Shown here piece by piece: positions 1 through 10,039 of a DNA stretch of 59,869 bases. Below the pieces are notes generated by a model. It saw only the letters and a list, made by a program, of their open reading frames with translations. It made no database searches and was not told where the DNA came from. This DNA is from Acidobacteriota bacterium (GTDB taxonomy: Bacteria > Acidobacteriota > Vicinamibacteria > Vicinamibacterales > 2-12-FULL-66-21), in contig JBBWZJ010000131.1 of the NCBI GenBank assembly GCA_039648985.1, forward strand, positions 1 to 59,869, read 5' to 3'. Position 1 is the first letter of the stretch, and each line of letters opens with the position of its first letter. The position numbers and the translations under genes were made by a program.

Positions 1-105
1 GATTGCGCCCAGGCAGGCAGAGTTGCCGCTCCGCGGCAGATAGACGATCCACAGGCGCGGCGGTTCTGACGTCGGTGGGCGGCCACGTTCTAGTCCCATA
101 AGCGA

Positions 106-1323
106 TCAATGCAGGCGGCCTGAAGGCTCCGACGGCGCCCCTTGGACGAGCACGACCTTCGAATCGCGGTAAATCGCCGTGACCCGATCGCCGACAATCT
201 CGAGCGCCGAGGCCCGCCCCCCCTTGTAAACGCCCGACATGGCCGTGTCGATGAGGAACTCACGGCCGCCGAACCGGGACACGATGCGGCCTGTCGTCTG
301 GATCGAGTGTGCGGTCACAAACCGCTTTGCGCCGTAGCGCGACAGGAGCCCCTGCATCAACGAACGCCCCTCTTCCTCCGTCCACGTATCGAACCCGCGG
401 AACCACAACGGTCCTTCGCTCGCCAGCAGCGGAGACGTGCCGATCGACAGGACTGCGTTGATCATGTCGACGTGGCGGCGGTTCGGCGCGACAAGCTGAC
501 GCCCCCTCAATCCTGCTGCTTCGACGCGCGCGGCCTCGACTGTCTCCTGGAGCGAGAAGCAGGGAAGAATCAGCCCGTCGTCGGCCATGTACTTCCGGCC
601 GGCGTCGAACTTGCGGATCTCGCTCGCGACGGTCCGATTGATGTCCTCGAGCGACGACGCCGGAGCCGCCGGATTGATGCCCGCGTGCAGGAAGATAGTG
701 CCGGCGATCTGGATGACCGGCTGGCGCTGCCGCAGCCATCGCCCGTATTCCCCATCCGCTTGCATTGCTGCCTGGTACTCGATGTACCCCTTCGGATGCG
801 CGGCGAGCCACTTCTCGCGATTTTTTTGCCTGTAGGGCTCCGGGCGCGATCCGAGCGCGCGCTCACGTGCATCGCCAATGGCCATGTAATCGCGAAAGGC
901 GCCCTCTCTCCGCTTCTCCGAGTCGGATCCGGCGAAGGCGTCGTACGCAACGGGATTGACGTCACGCACTTCGCCGAGGAGGTTCATCGCATCGTGGTTG
1001 CCGAGCAGGATGTGCACGCTGCCGCCTGAAACTGCGGCTGACGACTCGAGCCCCCGAAGGAAATCCAGCAGCTTCCTGATGTCCGGTCCGCGATCGAAGT
1101 AATCCCCCGTCTGGACGAGCACGGCGGTGCCGCCGGCCCAGGCCGCCGACGAATCGATCAGACCCGCCGCCTCGAGGATCCCTGTGAACGCCTTGTAGTC
1201 CCCATGGACATCGCCAATCGCGACGACGCGCAGAGGCGTCGGTTGGCCGTGGACGCCCGGCCAGGAGAGCAGGGCGACGGCGAGGATGGTGGCAATCGCG
1301 CGAATGGAGCGACGGTCGATCAT
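106..1323 (-). CDS. Secreted calcineurin-like metallophosphoesterase
   Basis: 405-aa ORF with a signal-like N-terminus (AIATILAVALLSWPGVHG). The metallophosphoesterase motifs GDVHGD, GDYFDRGPD and GNHD are visible. Overlapping ORFs in other frames are Arg/Pro-rich shadows. Confidence 0.85.
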   Translation of the reverse strand: MIDRRSIRAIATILAVALLSWPGVHGQPTPLRVVAIGDVHGDYKAFTGILEAAGLIDSSAAWAGGTAVLVQTGDYFDRGPDIRKLLDFLRGLESSAAVSGGSVHILLGNHDAMNLLGEVRDVNPVAYDAFAGSDSEKRREGAFRDYMAIGDARERALGSRPEPYRQKNREKWLAAHPKGYIEYQAAMQADGEYGRWLRQRQPVIQIAGTIFLHAGINPAAPASSLEDINRTVASEIRKFDAGRKYMADDGLILPCFSLQETVEAARVEAAGLRGRQLVAPNRRHVDMINAVLSIGTSPLLASEGPLWFRGFDTWTEEEGRSLMQGLLSRYGAKRFVTAHSIQTTGRIVSRFGGREFLIDTAMSGVYKGGRASALEIVGDRVTAIYRDSKVVLVQGAPSEPSGRLH

Positions 1324-1453
1324 TGGAGACGCTGCTCGATGCCTCCAGTGTATCGCCGGGCTGCGAATCGAGGCGGCGAAACTGACGGAGGTGAGCGGCC
1401 GCAGCGTCGCGCCGCGGTCCGCTCACCTGGCTCCGATTCCGGCCGGCCGGGAA

Positions 1454-3043
1454 TTAGCGAACGTCGTCGCCCTTGTGGTTCGAATTCGGCAGTGCCTTCG
1501 AAGGTTCGGTGCTCTCCGAAGCGAGCCCGCTGCAGTCCATCGCGAGCGCCTTGAGAATCGTGCACGCGATCTGCCGCGTCTCGACTCCGTCATCAATCGT
1601 CTTGCGCGCCAGCCGCGGATTCGACACAAGCAACGCGACGTGCACATCGTCGTCGGCAAAGCTGCCATGATCGGCAATCTTCGTCGCGGTCGCGACCGGC
1701 GGCGTGTAGACGGTGCCGGGGATCGCGCGCAGGATGATATCGGGCGTCCGCGAGTCGGTCAGCGGATCGGAATAGAGCGCCGCGAGGTCGGCTCCCCAGA
1801 GGACGCCCTCGCCGGGCGCGGTGGCGTCGATCCCCGTGATGGCGGGATCCGTCGCCTTCAGCTTCTCGACCACCTGGGCCGTGAGCGTCTGATCGGTCAG
1901 CCAGATGAGCGGCCCGGTGTCGGCGCTCAGCAATCCCAGGAGCCCAGGCTTGACCGCGTTGACAACGGCGCTGATGCCCAGCGGATCGATGCGACGCAGC
2001 GTCGCCGGATCAACCGGCGAATTGCCATGTTTGGCCGTGACGATGATGAGCGTGGAGTCGAGCAGGCCGTGGTCGCGCAGCGCGGCCACCATCTGACCAA
2101 TTGAGGCGTCCGTGTGCTTCAGCGCCTCCTGCAGCGGAGCGGAGGGTGTACCGTTCGCGTCCAGGTAGCCGCCGCGAGCCCCGCCGAGCGGCGTCATGTC
2201 CAGTTTCTGGCCCACGCTCACCGCCTGAAAGTTCATCCCGAAGATCGTCGGCACGCCACTTGCCGTCGTGCCGGTGTGATCGAACCCGTCGATCTCGTGA
2301 AGGATTGCCGCAACCTTCATGTCGTCGTAGGCCATCGTTTTCGCGAATGAGGCGGTGGTCGTCAGCGCGGAGGCGCAAGGAAGCAATCCTGCGCAACTCG
2401 CGATCTCCGGCGTATATAGATCATCGATGCCGGTGCCCGAGGGCCCGTTGAGGAACTCGTATGCCGGGTGCTTGTCGGACCACGCCGTCCGGCCGCCGGC
2501 CGCCTTGATCAATTCGAAGACGTTATTGACCCTCGGGAACTGGTGCGGAAATACGCGGCTGCAGTCCGCCGGATCGCGGGGCAGTTTCGTCGGGTCGATC
2601 GTGGTGATGAACGGCGCGTCGACCGGCACCAGGTCGAGGTTCTGCTTCCACTGCGCGCGCGTGCCCGGCGCCGGCGCCCCGGCCACACAGGTGCCGCCTG
2701 CCGTCACGAGTGAACGGTCGTATCCGTCGTCGTAGTACACGCCGGTCGAGCGCGGGGTTCCGCCGGTGACCATCGCGAGCATCCCCGGGAAGGAGTCCGA
2801 CGGCTTCGTCGCCGTGGCGTTCCTGTATGTACGCCCGATGGCGCTCAACTGCGCCAGCGTTGAATCCCTGTGCTCCGCCACATAGCGTTCGAGGTCGGCC
2901 TGGCGCAGGCCGTCCACGCTCAGGAGCAGCACGCGGTCGACTGAGGCGTCGCCCTCATAATTTCCCTCGAACGCCTCCACTGCCGCCAGCCCTGCCAGAC
3001 ATACCCCGGCTGTGACGATCACCTTCACGATGCGACGGTTCAT
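1454..3043 (-). CDS. Alkaline-phosphatase-superfamily enzyme (nucleotide pyrophosphatase/phosphodiesterase-like), secreted
   Basis: 529-aa ORF with an N-terminal hydrophobic signal (VIVTAGVCLAGLAAVEA). It shows LLLSVDGLR (metal-ligand Asp strand), KPSDSFPGMLAMVTGG (NPP-type nucleophile region) and a late AKHGNSP segment. Confidence 0.75.
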   Translation of the reverse strand: MNRRIVKVIVTAGVCLAGLAAVEAFEGNYEGDASVDRVLLLSVDGLRQADLERYVAEHRDSTLAQLSAIGRTYRNATATKPSDSFPGMLAMVTGGTPRSTGVYYDDGYDRSLVTAGGTCVAGAPAPGTRAQWKQNLDLVPVDAPFITTIDPTKLPRDPADCSRVFPHQFPRVNNVFELIKAAGGRTAWSDKHPAYEFLNGPSGTGIDDLYTPEIASCAGLLPCASALTTTASFAKTMAYDDMKVAAILHEIDGFDHTGTTASGVPTIFGMNFQAVSVGQKLDMTPLGGARGGYLDANGTPSAPLQEALKHTDASIGQMVAALRDHGLLDSTLIIVTAKHGNSPVDPATLRRIDPLGISAVVNAVKPGLLGLLSADTGPLIWLTDQTLTAQVVEKLKATDPAITGIDATAPGEGVLWGADLAALYSDPLTDSRTPDIILRAIPGTVYTPPVATATKIADHGSFADDDVHVALLVSNPRLARKTIDDGVETRQIACTILKALAMDCSGLASESTEPSKALPNSNHKGDDVR

Positions 3044-3083
3044 GCTTCGTCTCCTGTGTTGAGCTCTGTGAGCCTGCCAAGTG

Positions 3084-5969
3084 TTAGAACACGATGCGAG
3101 TGCCGAGCTGAATCTGACGCGGACCGCCGAACCGGGCGGTGGACGGAGCGAACAACGGCTGTCCCGCGGTAGCCACGGGCTGCGCCGGGGTCCCGAACAC
3201 GCTGACCGCGTCCGGCCCGAAGTTCAGGTTCTGCGCCCTCGTCACGTTGAACGCTTCGCCAATCAGCTCGACCCGGCGCCCGCCACCCAGCCGGAACGAC
3301 TTCATCAGTCGCACGTCCAGATCGAAGAACGCGGGCTGCCGGAAGCTGTTCCGGCCGACGACGTGGCCGTCGATGATCGCGCGGTCGTTCTCGTCGTTGG
3401 CGTCGCCCTGGGTATCGAACCCGACGATCGGCGTATACGGCGTACCGGTCCGGGCGAACAGAATTGCGCCTGCCGTGAAGCCGCCGGGCACGTCTGCAAT
3501 GGCGTTGAAGTTCACGTTGTGGCGCACGTCGTTCTTGGAATAGGCCCACTCCGGTGCGAGGTCGAACGGGTTGAGCGCGGTCTCGCGGCGGAAGAGATGC
3601 TCGTTCGAGTCGTCGTCCATGTTGCGGGCGAGCGCGTAGTTCGCCTGCATCTGGAACCGGGAAGCCAGGCGGTGCGTGAGGGAAACCGCGAGCGCATCGT
3701 ACCGCGACCGCGCGGTTGACTCGTTGATCGAGAGCGCGCCAATCGAGGGATCCGGCCGTGTCGACGGAAAGATCGGGAGGCCGGTCGGGTTGATCGTCGG
3801 CTGGAAGAGGTTGCGATCGAGGCGGCGCTGCAGATTCTGGGTCGAGTTCATCAGGTACCCGACCGACAGCGTCACGGTCTGCCCGATCATCTGCTCCACC
3901 GTTGCCGAACCCTGCCAGGAGCGCGGGTTCCTGAACTCCGGGTCGAAGCCGAACACGCGCGGGGCGGCGACTCTGACGTCGGCGGGCAGTGCCGTCAACG
4001 GCAGCGGATAGGTGAGAGCGTTCAGGACGGCCGGGTCGAACTTGCTGTCGACGGCGGCCGTCGTGATGCCGTTATCGGTGAAAACGCGCTGGAACAGCGT
4101 TGCAGGCGTTCGGGCGACGTACAGCCCTCCGGACAAGCGAACCACCGTCCGGTCCGCCCCGCCCACGGACCACGCGAGACCGGCACGCGGCTGCCACTGC
4201 TTCAGGTCGTTCGGAATGAACGCCGTGAACGGAATCGCCGGGTTCGGCTTCGTCGGCTGCGGATTCCACTGCCCTTCCCACCGGACGCCGCCACTCAGCG
4301 TGACATCGCCGAGCGCCACCTTGTCCTGCACGAACCCGGCGGCCTCTGTCTGTCTGCCGCTGAACAGCGCGTCTTCGGGGTTGAAGACCAGTACGGTCTG
4401 CCGGTAACGGCCGACCTTCCGGGCCATGAAGTCCGCGAGCGACTTGAAGTCGTACCGCCCCTGGATGTTGTCTTCCCGCTGCTGCGCCACGTCGTTGACG
4501 TTGAAGTCGAACCCGAAGCGCAGGCGGTTCAATCCCCACGTCAGGTTCACCTGGTCGGTCGCTTCGTAGCGGGTCGTGTGATACGCCCGCGGACGGCCTG
4601 AATCGCCGCCGAAATTGCCGAAGCCCGTAATCGTGACCAGCGCCGTTCTGAGGTTCGGGATCTCGTCGCGGTCGTCCGTCGCGATCTGCCCGCGGATTTC
4701 GTTCAGGATGCCGGGCCCGAACACGGTCGTGAGCCCCGCCTTCCCGCCGATGCTCTCGCTCTGGCGGCTGAAATTCGTCGTGACCGCCTGATTGAGCTGC
4801 AGGGTGTCGAAGTTGAAGTTGTCGCCGCGCAGGCGGCTGTACGTGCCCTGCAGGTTCAACAGCCCGCCCGATCCGACGACGACATCGGTCCGAACGAAGC
4901 CGGCGGAGGGATTGTTCGTGCCCCGCTGCTCCCCTTGCATGGCCAGGAATTCCGCCGGGACGGTGACGCCTGCCGCCTGCTGGTCGAAGTGCACGACGTA
5001 CGGGATCTTCAACAGGCTCTGCTCGCCGGCCGCGAACAGGAACGCGCGGTCCTGGCGCAGCGGCCCGCCGACCGACCCGCCGAACTGGTTCTGCTGATTG
5101 TTCAGCGTGCGGCCGAACGCGTCGGGCGAGGTCAGGGTCTTCTCGCGGTCGTAATAGAACGCCTCGCCGGCCACACTGTTGGAGCCGGACTTCGTGACCA
5201 CGTTGATGAACCCGCTGTTCGTGCGGCCGATTTCCGGCGCCGCGCCACTGCGGACCACCTGGAACTCCCTGATCGCCGCCTGCGGAAAGAAGAACACGCC
5301 TTCATTGCCGCCGCGCTGATTTCCCTGCAGCGCGTCGTTGAAGTCGGTGCCGTCGATCGCCACGTTCGAGTTGATGGATCGCTGCCCGGCGATCACCAGG
5401 CCGTTCCGATCCGACTCCTGTGTGATGGCCGGTGTGAGCTGGACGAACTCCGTGAAGTCGCGTCCGCGGATCGGCAGGTCGGCGACCGCACGCGCCCCAA
5501 CGGTGGTGCTGGTCGCTGTCTGGTCCTTGTCGAGGAGCGGCGCCGCGGCCCTGACGGTCACGGTCTCCTCGAGCTTGGCAATCGTGAGCGCGAAATTGAT
5601 CGTCTCGGTCGTGCCGACGCTCAACCGGACGCCCATGCGCTGAATGGTCGCGAACTTGGTCGCGGACACCGCCACCATGTACGTGCCGACCGGCATGGTG
5701 GAGGCGAAATACCGCCCGTGCGCATCGGTGTAGACGGACCGCGTGTACCCCGTCTCGCTGCTGATGACGATCACGAGCGCCCCGGAAACCGGGCGCGCGT
5801 CCGGATCGGTCACCGTGCCTTCCATGGCGGCAACGCCCGACCCTGACTGCGCGGCAGCAGGGGCGGCAGCGACGAGGAGAATCAGCAGTGCCGGCGCCAG
5901 CCCGCGCCGGAGCCCGCGCGGGTGACACCGGGAGATCAGGGCCGAGCGCAAGCGCATGTAGATCGTCAC
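3084..5969 (-). CDS. TonB-dependent outer-membrane receptor with N-terminal carboxypeptidase-regulatory-like domain
   Basis: 961-aa ORF with a signal peptide ending AAPAAAQ. A CarboxypepD_reg-like segment is present (GTVTDPDARPVSGALVIVIS...GRYFASTMPVGTYMV). The body is a long beta-rich barrel ending in the terminal aromatic ...QLGTRIVF. Confidence 0.85.
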   Translation of the reverse strand: MTIYMRLRSALISRCHPRGLRRGLAPALLILLVAAAPAAAQSGSGVAAMEGTVTDPDARPVSGALVIVISSETGYTRSVYTDAHGRYFASTMPVGTYMVAVSATKFATIQRMGVRLSVGTTETINFALTIAKLEETVTVRAAAPLLDKDQTATSTTVGARAVADLPIRGRDFTEFVQLTPAITQESDRNGLVIAGQRSINSNVAIDGTDFNDALQGNQRGGNEGVFFFPQAAIREFQVVRSGAAPEIGRTNSGFINVVTKSGSNSVAGEAFYYDREKTLTSPDAFGRTLNNQQNQFGGSVGGPLRQDRAFLFAAGEQSLLKIPYVVHFDQQAAGVTVPAEFLAMQGEQRGTNNPSAGFVRTDVVVGSGGLLNLQGTYSRLRGDNFNFDTLQLNQAVTTNFSRQSESIGGKAGLTTVFGPGILNEIRGQIATDDRDEIPNLRTALVTITGFGNFGGDSGRPRAYHTTRYEATDQVNLTWGLNRLRFGFDFNVNDVAQQREDNIQGRYDFKSLADFMARKVGRYRQTVLVFNPEDALFSGRQTEAAGFVQDKVALGDVTLSGGVRWEGQWNPQPTKPNPAIPFTAFIPNDLKQWQPRAGLAWSVGGADRTVVRLSGGLYVARTPATLFQRVFTDNGITTAAVDSKFDPAVLNALTYPLPLTALPADVRVAAPRVFGFDPEFRNPRSWQGSATVEQMIGQTVTLSVGYLMNSTQNLQRRLDRNLFQPTINPTGLPIFPSTRPDPSIGALSINESTARSRYDALAVSLTHRLASRFQMQANYALARNMDDDSNEHLFRRETALNPFDLAPEWAYSKNDVRHNVNFNAIADVPGGFTAGAILFARTGTPYTPIVGFDTQGDANDENDRAIIDGHVVGRNSFRQPAFFDLDVRLMKSFRLGGGRRVELIGEAFNVTRAQNLNFGPDAVSVFGTPAQPVATAGQPLFAPSTARFGGPRQIQLGTRIVF

Positions 5970-5994
5970 ACAGTCCTCCGTGAACGGTTCGTGG

Positions 5995-7008
5995 TTACCG
6001 TGCCGCCTTGAGATCGAGCAGAATCACTTTCCGGAACTTCACCGGGACACCATCGAGCGTGGCCGGCTTGTAGCGCCAGCGCTTCGCTTCCGTCAGCGCA
6101 AGACGGTCGTACACTGCGTTGACCCCGACCGACATCGTTGCGGTCTCGACCGAGCCGGTTTCGTCGATGACGATCTCGATGACGCCCGTGCGCACCGCGA
6201 ACACGTCGGCGAGCGGCGCCCACGATTCGCGCAACGCGAGCGGCCGCACGACGTGGCCGTCCTCGACGCCGTAGATCCGATCGGTCGCCGCCTGCGCCGC
6301 CGGCACGCCGGCGCTCGCTGGGCTGGGCGGTTCAACCGGTGCCGCGACCGGGGCCCCGACCGTTGCCGCCGGCGCACGCCGTGACGGGGCGGCGGCGCTC
6401 AGCTCCCGGAATCCGACCGCGAGGGCGCGGATGTCGGACAGCGGCGGCTGGTTGGCCACCGCGGCGATATCGACATCGGCCAGCAGATCGAGCACCCGCT
6501 GGAACCCGGCTCTGGCGGACACTGAATCGTGGCGCTCCAGCGCGGCCTTCGCCTGCGTGTACTCCTGCTCGATGATTCCCGGCAGCACGCGCCGCCTGAC
6601 CTCGGTGAACGCGGAGCGCACGCGGGGCGACTCGTCGGCCTCGGACGGACGAAATGACGGAGCCACCGTGATCACCGCCTCCATCGCCCGCTCCGCTTCC
6701 ACCGTGCGGCCGAGGGCGAGAAGGCAGAACGCCCGGTACTGTTCGACGAAGCGGGCCTCGTCACCCGGGTGAGCCGTGGCACGCAACGTATTCAGCCGCA
6801 CCAGCGCTTCGTCGTAGGCGGCGGATTGGTAAAGGGCGCGCGCCGCGCCGAGCGCATCCTGGGCAACAGCCGTGTTCGCCGCCGTCATGACGACGATCGC
6901 CGCGAGATAGCGCGCCGCCGCGCGCCGCGACCCGCGGCCCGGCGCCGTGATCGCGACTCTCTCGACTGCGCCATGCCGAACCGACTTGTTCACTGCTTTC
7001 GACCTCAT
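5995..7008 (-). CDS. TonB C-terminal-domain protein with TPR-like N-terminal region
   Basis: The C-terminus resembles the TonB_C fold (GVIEIVIDETGSVETATMSVGVNAVYDRLALTEAKRWRYKPATLDGVPV). A Pro/Ala-rich linker precedes it. I trimmed the ORF-track start (7167) to the internal ATG at 7008 (MRSKAVNK...), because the upstream extension is Arg/Cys-rich junk. The start is uncertain. Confidence 0.6.
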   Translation of the reverse strand: MRSKAVNKSVRHGAVERVAITAPGRGSRRAAARYLAAIVVMTAANTAVAQDALGAARALYQSAAYDEALVRLNTLRATAHPGDEARFVEQYRAFCLLALGRTVEAERAMEAVITVAPSFRPSEADESPRVRSAFTEVRRRVLPGIIEQEYTQAKAALERHDSVSARAGFQRVLDLLADVDIAAVANQPPLSDIRALAVGFRELSAAAPSRRAPAATVGAPVAAPVEPPSPASAGVPAAQAATDRIYGVEDGHVVRPLALRESWAPLADVFAVRTGVIEIVIDETGSVETATMSVGVNAVYDRLALTEAKRWRYKPATLDGVPVKFRKVILLDLKAAR

Positions 7009-7343
7009 CCCAGGCTGCCGTCGTAATCCCCACACGTATTCCGTCATCCTCCGTAGCGCCGGTCGCCGGTGGACGCAGCGGTTGCGCAAACCGTGCCGAC
7101 GGCCTCGCACACGCCGCCCGCCGGTGAATACACACACGTTTTTACGGAACGGGCTGATCCCGCACACGTGTGCGCCGACACGAACCGTGATCGTGGCGCC
7201 CGTTCTGATATCGAGCGGACCGGGGCGGCGCGTGCGTTTTGGGGACGCCTGGCCCGTTCAGCAGGGGCGACGGTGGACGGCGGTCGCGTTCCGCTGATAG
7301 CCGAGCCCGGTGGGGCTGGTGGTGCCTGATGGCGGTGAGATCG

Positions 7344-9785
7344 TTACTGCCGCAGCGCCATGACTGGCTCGATTCGGACGGCTCGCCGGGCCGGCATTGC
7401 GGTGGCGGCGAGCGCGACGACGGTAAGCAGGGTCACGACGAGAATGAAGGTCAGGGGATCGGTGGTCGTGACGCCGTGCACGTAACTTGAAAGCACGCGC
7501 GACGTGGCGTACGCCCCGGCGACGCCAAGCAGGAGGCCGAGCAGGACCGGCTGCATGCCTTGCCGGACGATCAGACGCACGACGTCCGATCCGCGTGCTC
7601 CGAGCGCCATCCGAATCGCGATCTCCTGCCGTCGCTCGGTCACGAAGTAGGCGATGACGCCGTAGACGCCAATCGCCGAGAGCAGCAGACCGCTGCCGCC
7701 CAGCAGCAGCATCAACAGTGTGTTGAAGCGAGCCTGCGCCATCGATGCGCGCAGTCTCTGATCCATCGACCGCACCTGGTAGATCGGGACCGTCGGGTCG
7801 ACCCGCTCAACGGCCGCACGGGCGGTCGCCGTCAGCACAGAGGCATCGCCGGTCCGGCTTCGCGCCACGAGTGTCATCGTCCGCTGGATCCAGGTCCAGG
7901 CAGCGTCGGGCGCCTGAGCGATGGGTAGAAAGAACTCGGGCCGCGAGTCCTCCTCGGGTCCGCGCGAGCGCATGTCCTTCACGACGCCCACCACGGTGCG
8001 CCACCCCGGGTTCTGGGCACTGCCGTCGCAGCAGCTGAATCGCCGCCCGATGGGATCCGCGCCGGGGAAGAGCGCGTGGGCTGCGGCTTCGTTGAGAACG
8101 GCGACCCGGAGGCCGCCGCGGCGATCCTCGGGCAGGAAAGGTCGTCCACGGACAACAGGGACGCGCAGTGTCCGGAAGTAGTCGATCGTCACGATCGCAA
8201 GCCGCGTGATGACGAAGTTGCTCTTCTCCGGTGCCTTGCCCTCTGGCAGGAGACCATTGCCGTTGCCACCCGGCGTGAGCGGTGCGAGTGTCGAGGCGGC
8301 CGCGCGCTCGACCGAGGGCATGGCCGCCAGCCCCGTCACGATGTCATCGAACGCCTGCACGACTCGGGCTGGATCCTGGTAGCGGGCAGCCGGCAGCGTG
8401 AGCCGCGCGGTCAGCAGTCCGCGGGGATCGAACCCGGGATCCGTGCGCTGCAGGTGGAGCGCGTTTCGTACCAGCAACCCGGCGCCGACGAGCAACACGA
8501 TCGCGAGCGCAACCTCGGCAGCGACGAGGAGATGCCGGATTCGGTCCCGGCCGGTCGTGGCCGTACGGCCTCCTTCGTTGAGCGCGCCGCGCAGGTCGCC
8601 TGCCGCGGCCCGGACGGCGGGCGCGATCCCCGCGACGAGTGCGCTGACGAGCGCGGTCCCGACGGCAAACGCCAGGACCACCGCGTTCACACGCGCGTGC
8701 TCCAGCCGCGGCACTCCTTCGGGCGCATACGCCACGAGCGCCGGGACGGCAAGCCACGCCAGGATCACTCCCACGCCGCCGCCAATGGCGGTCAGGACGA
8801 CCGTTTCCGTGAGGAGCTGACGCACGATTCGGCCGCGGCTCGCACCAATGGCGGCGCGGACCGCCATCTCCCTGGCGCGGATGCCGCCGCGCGCGAGCAG
8901 CAGGTTGGCCACGTTGCCGCACGCGATGAGCAACACGAGCGTGACGGCGCCGAGCAGCACGAGCAGACGCTGCCGGTAATCGCCGACGAACTGCCGGTGC
9001 AGGGGCTCGAGTACGGCGGGATTCACTTGCGAGTCGCCCCGATACAGTTGTTTCATCTGCGCGTGAATCGCCCGCAGTTCCGCCGCGGCCTGCGCCTGTG
9101 ACACGCCGGGCGCGAGCCGGCCGGTGACTGACAGATAGTGCTCGTCATGGTTCGCCAGCTGCGCCGGGGTGAAGGCGATAGGCACCCACAGCTCCTCGGC
9201 ATCGCTCGTCACGTCGAACCGCGCGGGCATGACGCCGATCACGGTAAATGGCGCGGCATTGAGCTGGATCGTTCGGCCGACGACTGATGGATCCGCGCCG
9301 TAGCGCCGCGTCCAGAGACGATGGCTCAGGACGACGAGGTGGCCGTTTTCTGGGGTGTCTTCCACAGCCCCGAACACACGGCCGTGCTCTGCCGGCATGC
9401 CCATCGCCGTGAACCACGTGTGCGTCACACGAGCGCCCAGGATCCGCTCGGGACGGCCCTCGTCCGCCAGATTGAAATTGAAGTAGTTCGAGGCGCCGAG
9501 CGCAGAGAAGGACGTCGCATGCGTGCGCCAGTCGGAGAAGTTGCCGATGGACACGTCGGATGGACGGCCACGTCCGTCGAAATCTTCCCCGACGACCATG
9601 AGTTGATCCGGTTCGGGGTACGGCAGCGGCTGGAGCACGACGGCATGCACGACGCTGAAGATCGCTGTCGTCGCGCCAATGCCAAGGGCAATCGTCAGCA
9701 CCGCAATGGTCGCGAAGGCCGGCGCTTTCGTGAGCTGCCGAAGCGCGAACCGCACATCATCCCGCCACTCGAGCATCAATCTCAT
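7344..9785 (-). CDS. ADOP-type (MacB/FtsX-like) duplicated orphan permease
   Basis: The N-terminus is typical of the family (LRQLTKAPAFATIAVLTIALGIGATTAIFSVVHAVVLQPLPYPEPDQLMVV). Two FtsX-like four-helix modules are separated by periplasmic domains. I trimmed the start to the ATG at 9785, which is preceded by GAAGGTGG. The ORF-track extension to 10025 is Arg/Pro-rich. Confidence 0.85.
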   Translation of the reverse strand: MRLMLEWRDDVRFALRQLTKAPAFATIAVLTIALGIGATTAIFSVVHAVVLQPLPYPEPDQLMVVGEDFDGRGRPSDVSIGNFSDWRTHATSFSALGASNYFNFNLADEGRPERILGARVTHTWFTAMGMPAEHGRVFGAVEDTPENGHLVVLSHRLWTRRYGADPSVVGRTIQLNAAPFTVIGVMPARFDVTSDAEELWVPIAFTPAQLANHDEHYLSVTGRLAPGVSQAQAAAELRAIHAQMKQLYRGDSQVNPAVLEPLHRQFVGDYRQRLLVLLGAVTLVLLIACGNVANLLLARGGIRAREMAVRAAIGASRGRIVRQLLTETVVLTAIGGGVGVILAWLAVPALVAYAPEGVPRLEHARVNAVVLAFAVGTALVSALVAGIAPAVRAAAGDLRGALNEGGRTATTGRDRIRHLLVAAEVALAIVLLVGAGLLVRNALHLQRTDPGFDPRGLLTARLTLPAARYQDPARVVQAFDDIVTGLAAMPSVERAAASTLAPLTPGGNGNGLLPEGKAPEKSNFVITRLAIVTIDYFRTLRVPVVRGRPFLPEDRRGGLRVAVLNEAAAHALFPGADPIGRRFSCCDGSAQNPGWRTVVGVVKDMRSRGPEEDSRPEFFLPIAQAPDAAWTWIQRTMTLVARSRTGDASVLTATARAAVERVDPTVPIYQVRSMDQRLRASMAQARFNTLLMLLLGGSGLLLSAIGVYGVIAYFVTERRQEIAIRMALGARGSDVVRLIVRQGMQPVLLGLLLGVAGAYATSRVLSSYVHGVTTTDPLTFILVVTLLTVVALAATAMPARRAVRIEPVMALRQ

Positions 9786-10039
9786 CTGTCCACCTTCCGC
9801 ACGACGGTCGATGTCGAGGTTGGACGGATCTGGTGGCCCAATGGTTGGCGCCCTCAGGTTTCTGCGTCGAGGAGATGTCGCCCCCGGCCTTCCGCTCCCG
9901 CACCACGCGTATGATGGTCGCCGACACGCGTGCGCTGGTTCACTGGGACGTCTTCGACGATCCGTCAGCGCCCAAGGCGCCACAGGCCGTCCAGTGAGGG
10001 TGCGGGGACCCGCCGACCGGCGCAAGGCCTCCTGACGGA

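Noticed and set aside
1477-1485. GGTTCGAAT, a tRNA T-loop-like string.
   Set aside because: It lies inside the 3' end of the well-supported phosphodiesterase CDS. It has no flanking acceptor or anticodon-stem complementarity that I could find.
8076-9101. Other large off-frame or antisense ORFs, e.g. 8076..9101(+), 11804..13084(-), 14006..15424(-), 15915..17012(-), 17171..18763(-), 18328..19926(+), 24390..25598(+), 24493..25695(-), 28176..29351(+), 30865..32034(+), 49938..51149(+), 54393..55814(-), 54752..56308(+).
   Set aside because: All overlap genes with strong motif support in another frame. All show the Arg/Pro/Gly-rich, motif-free composition typical of shadow ORFs in high-GC DNA.
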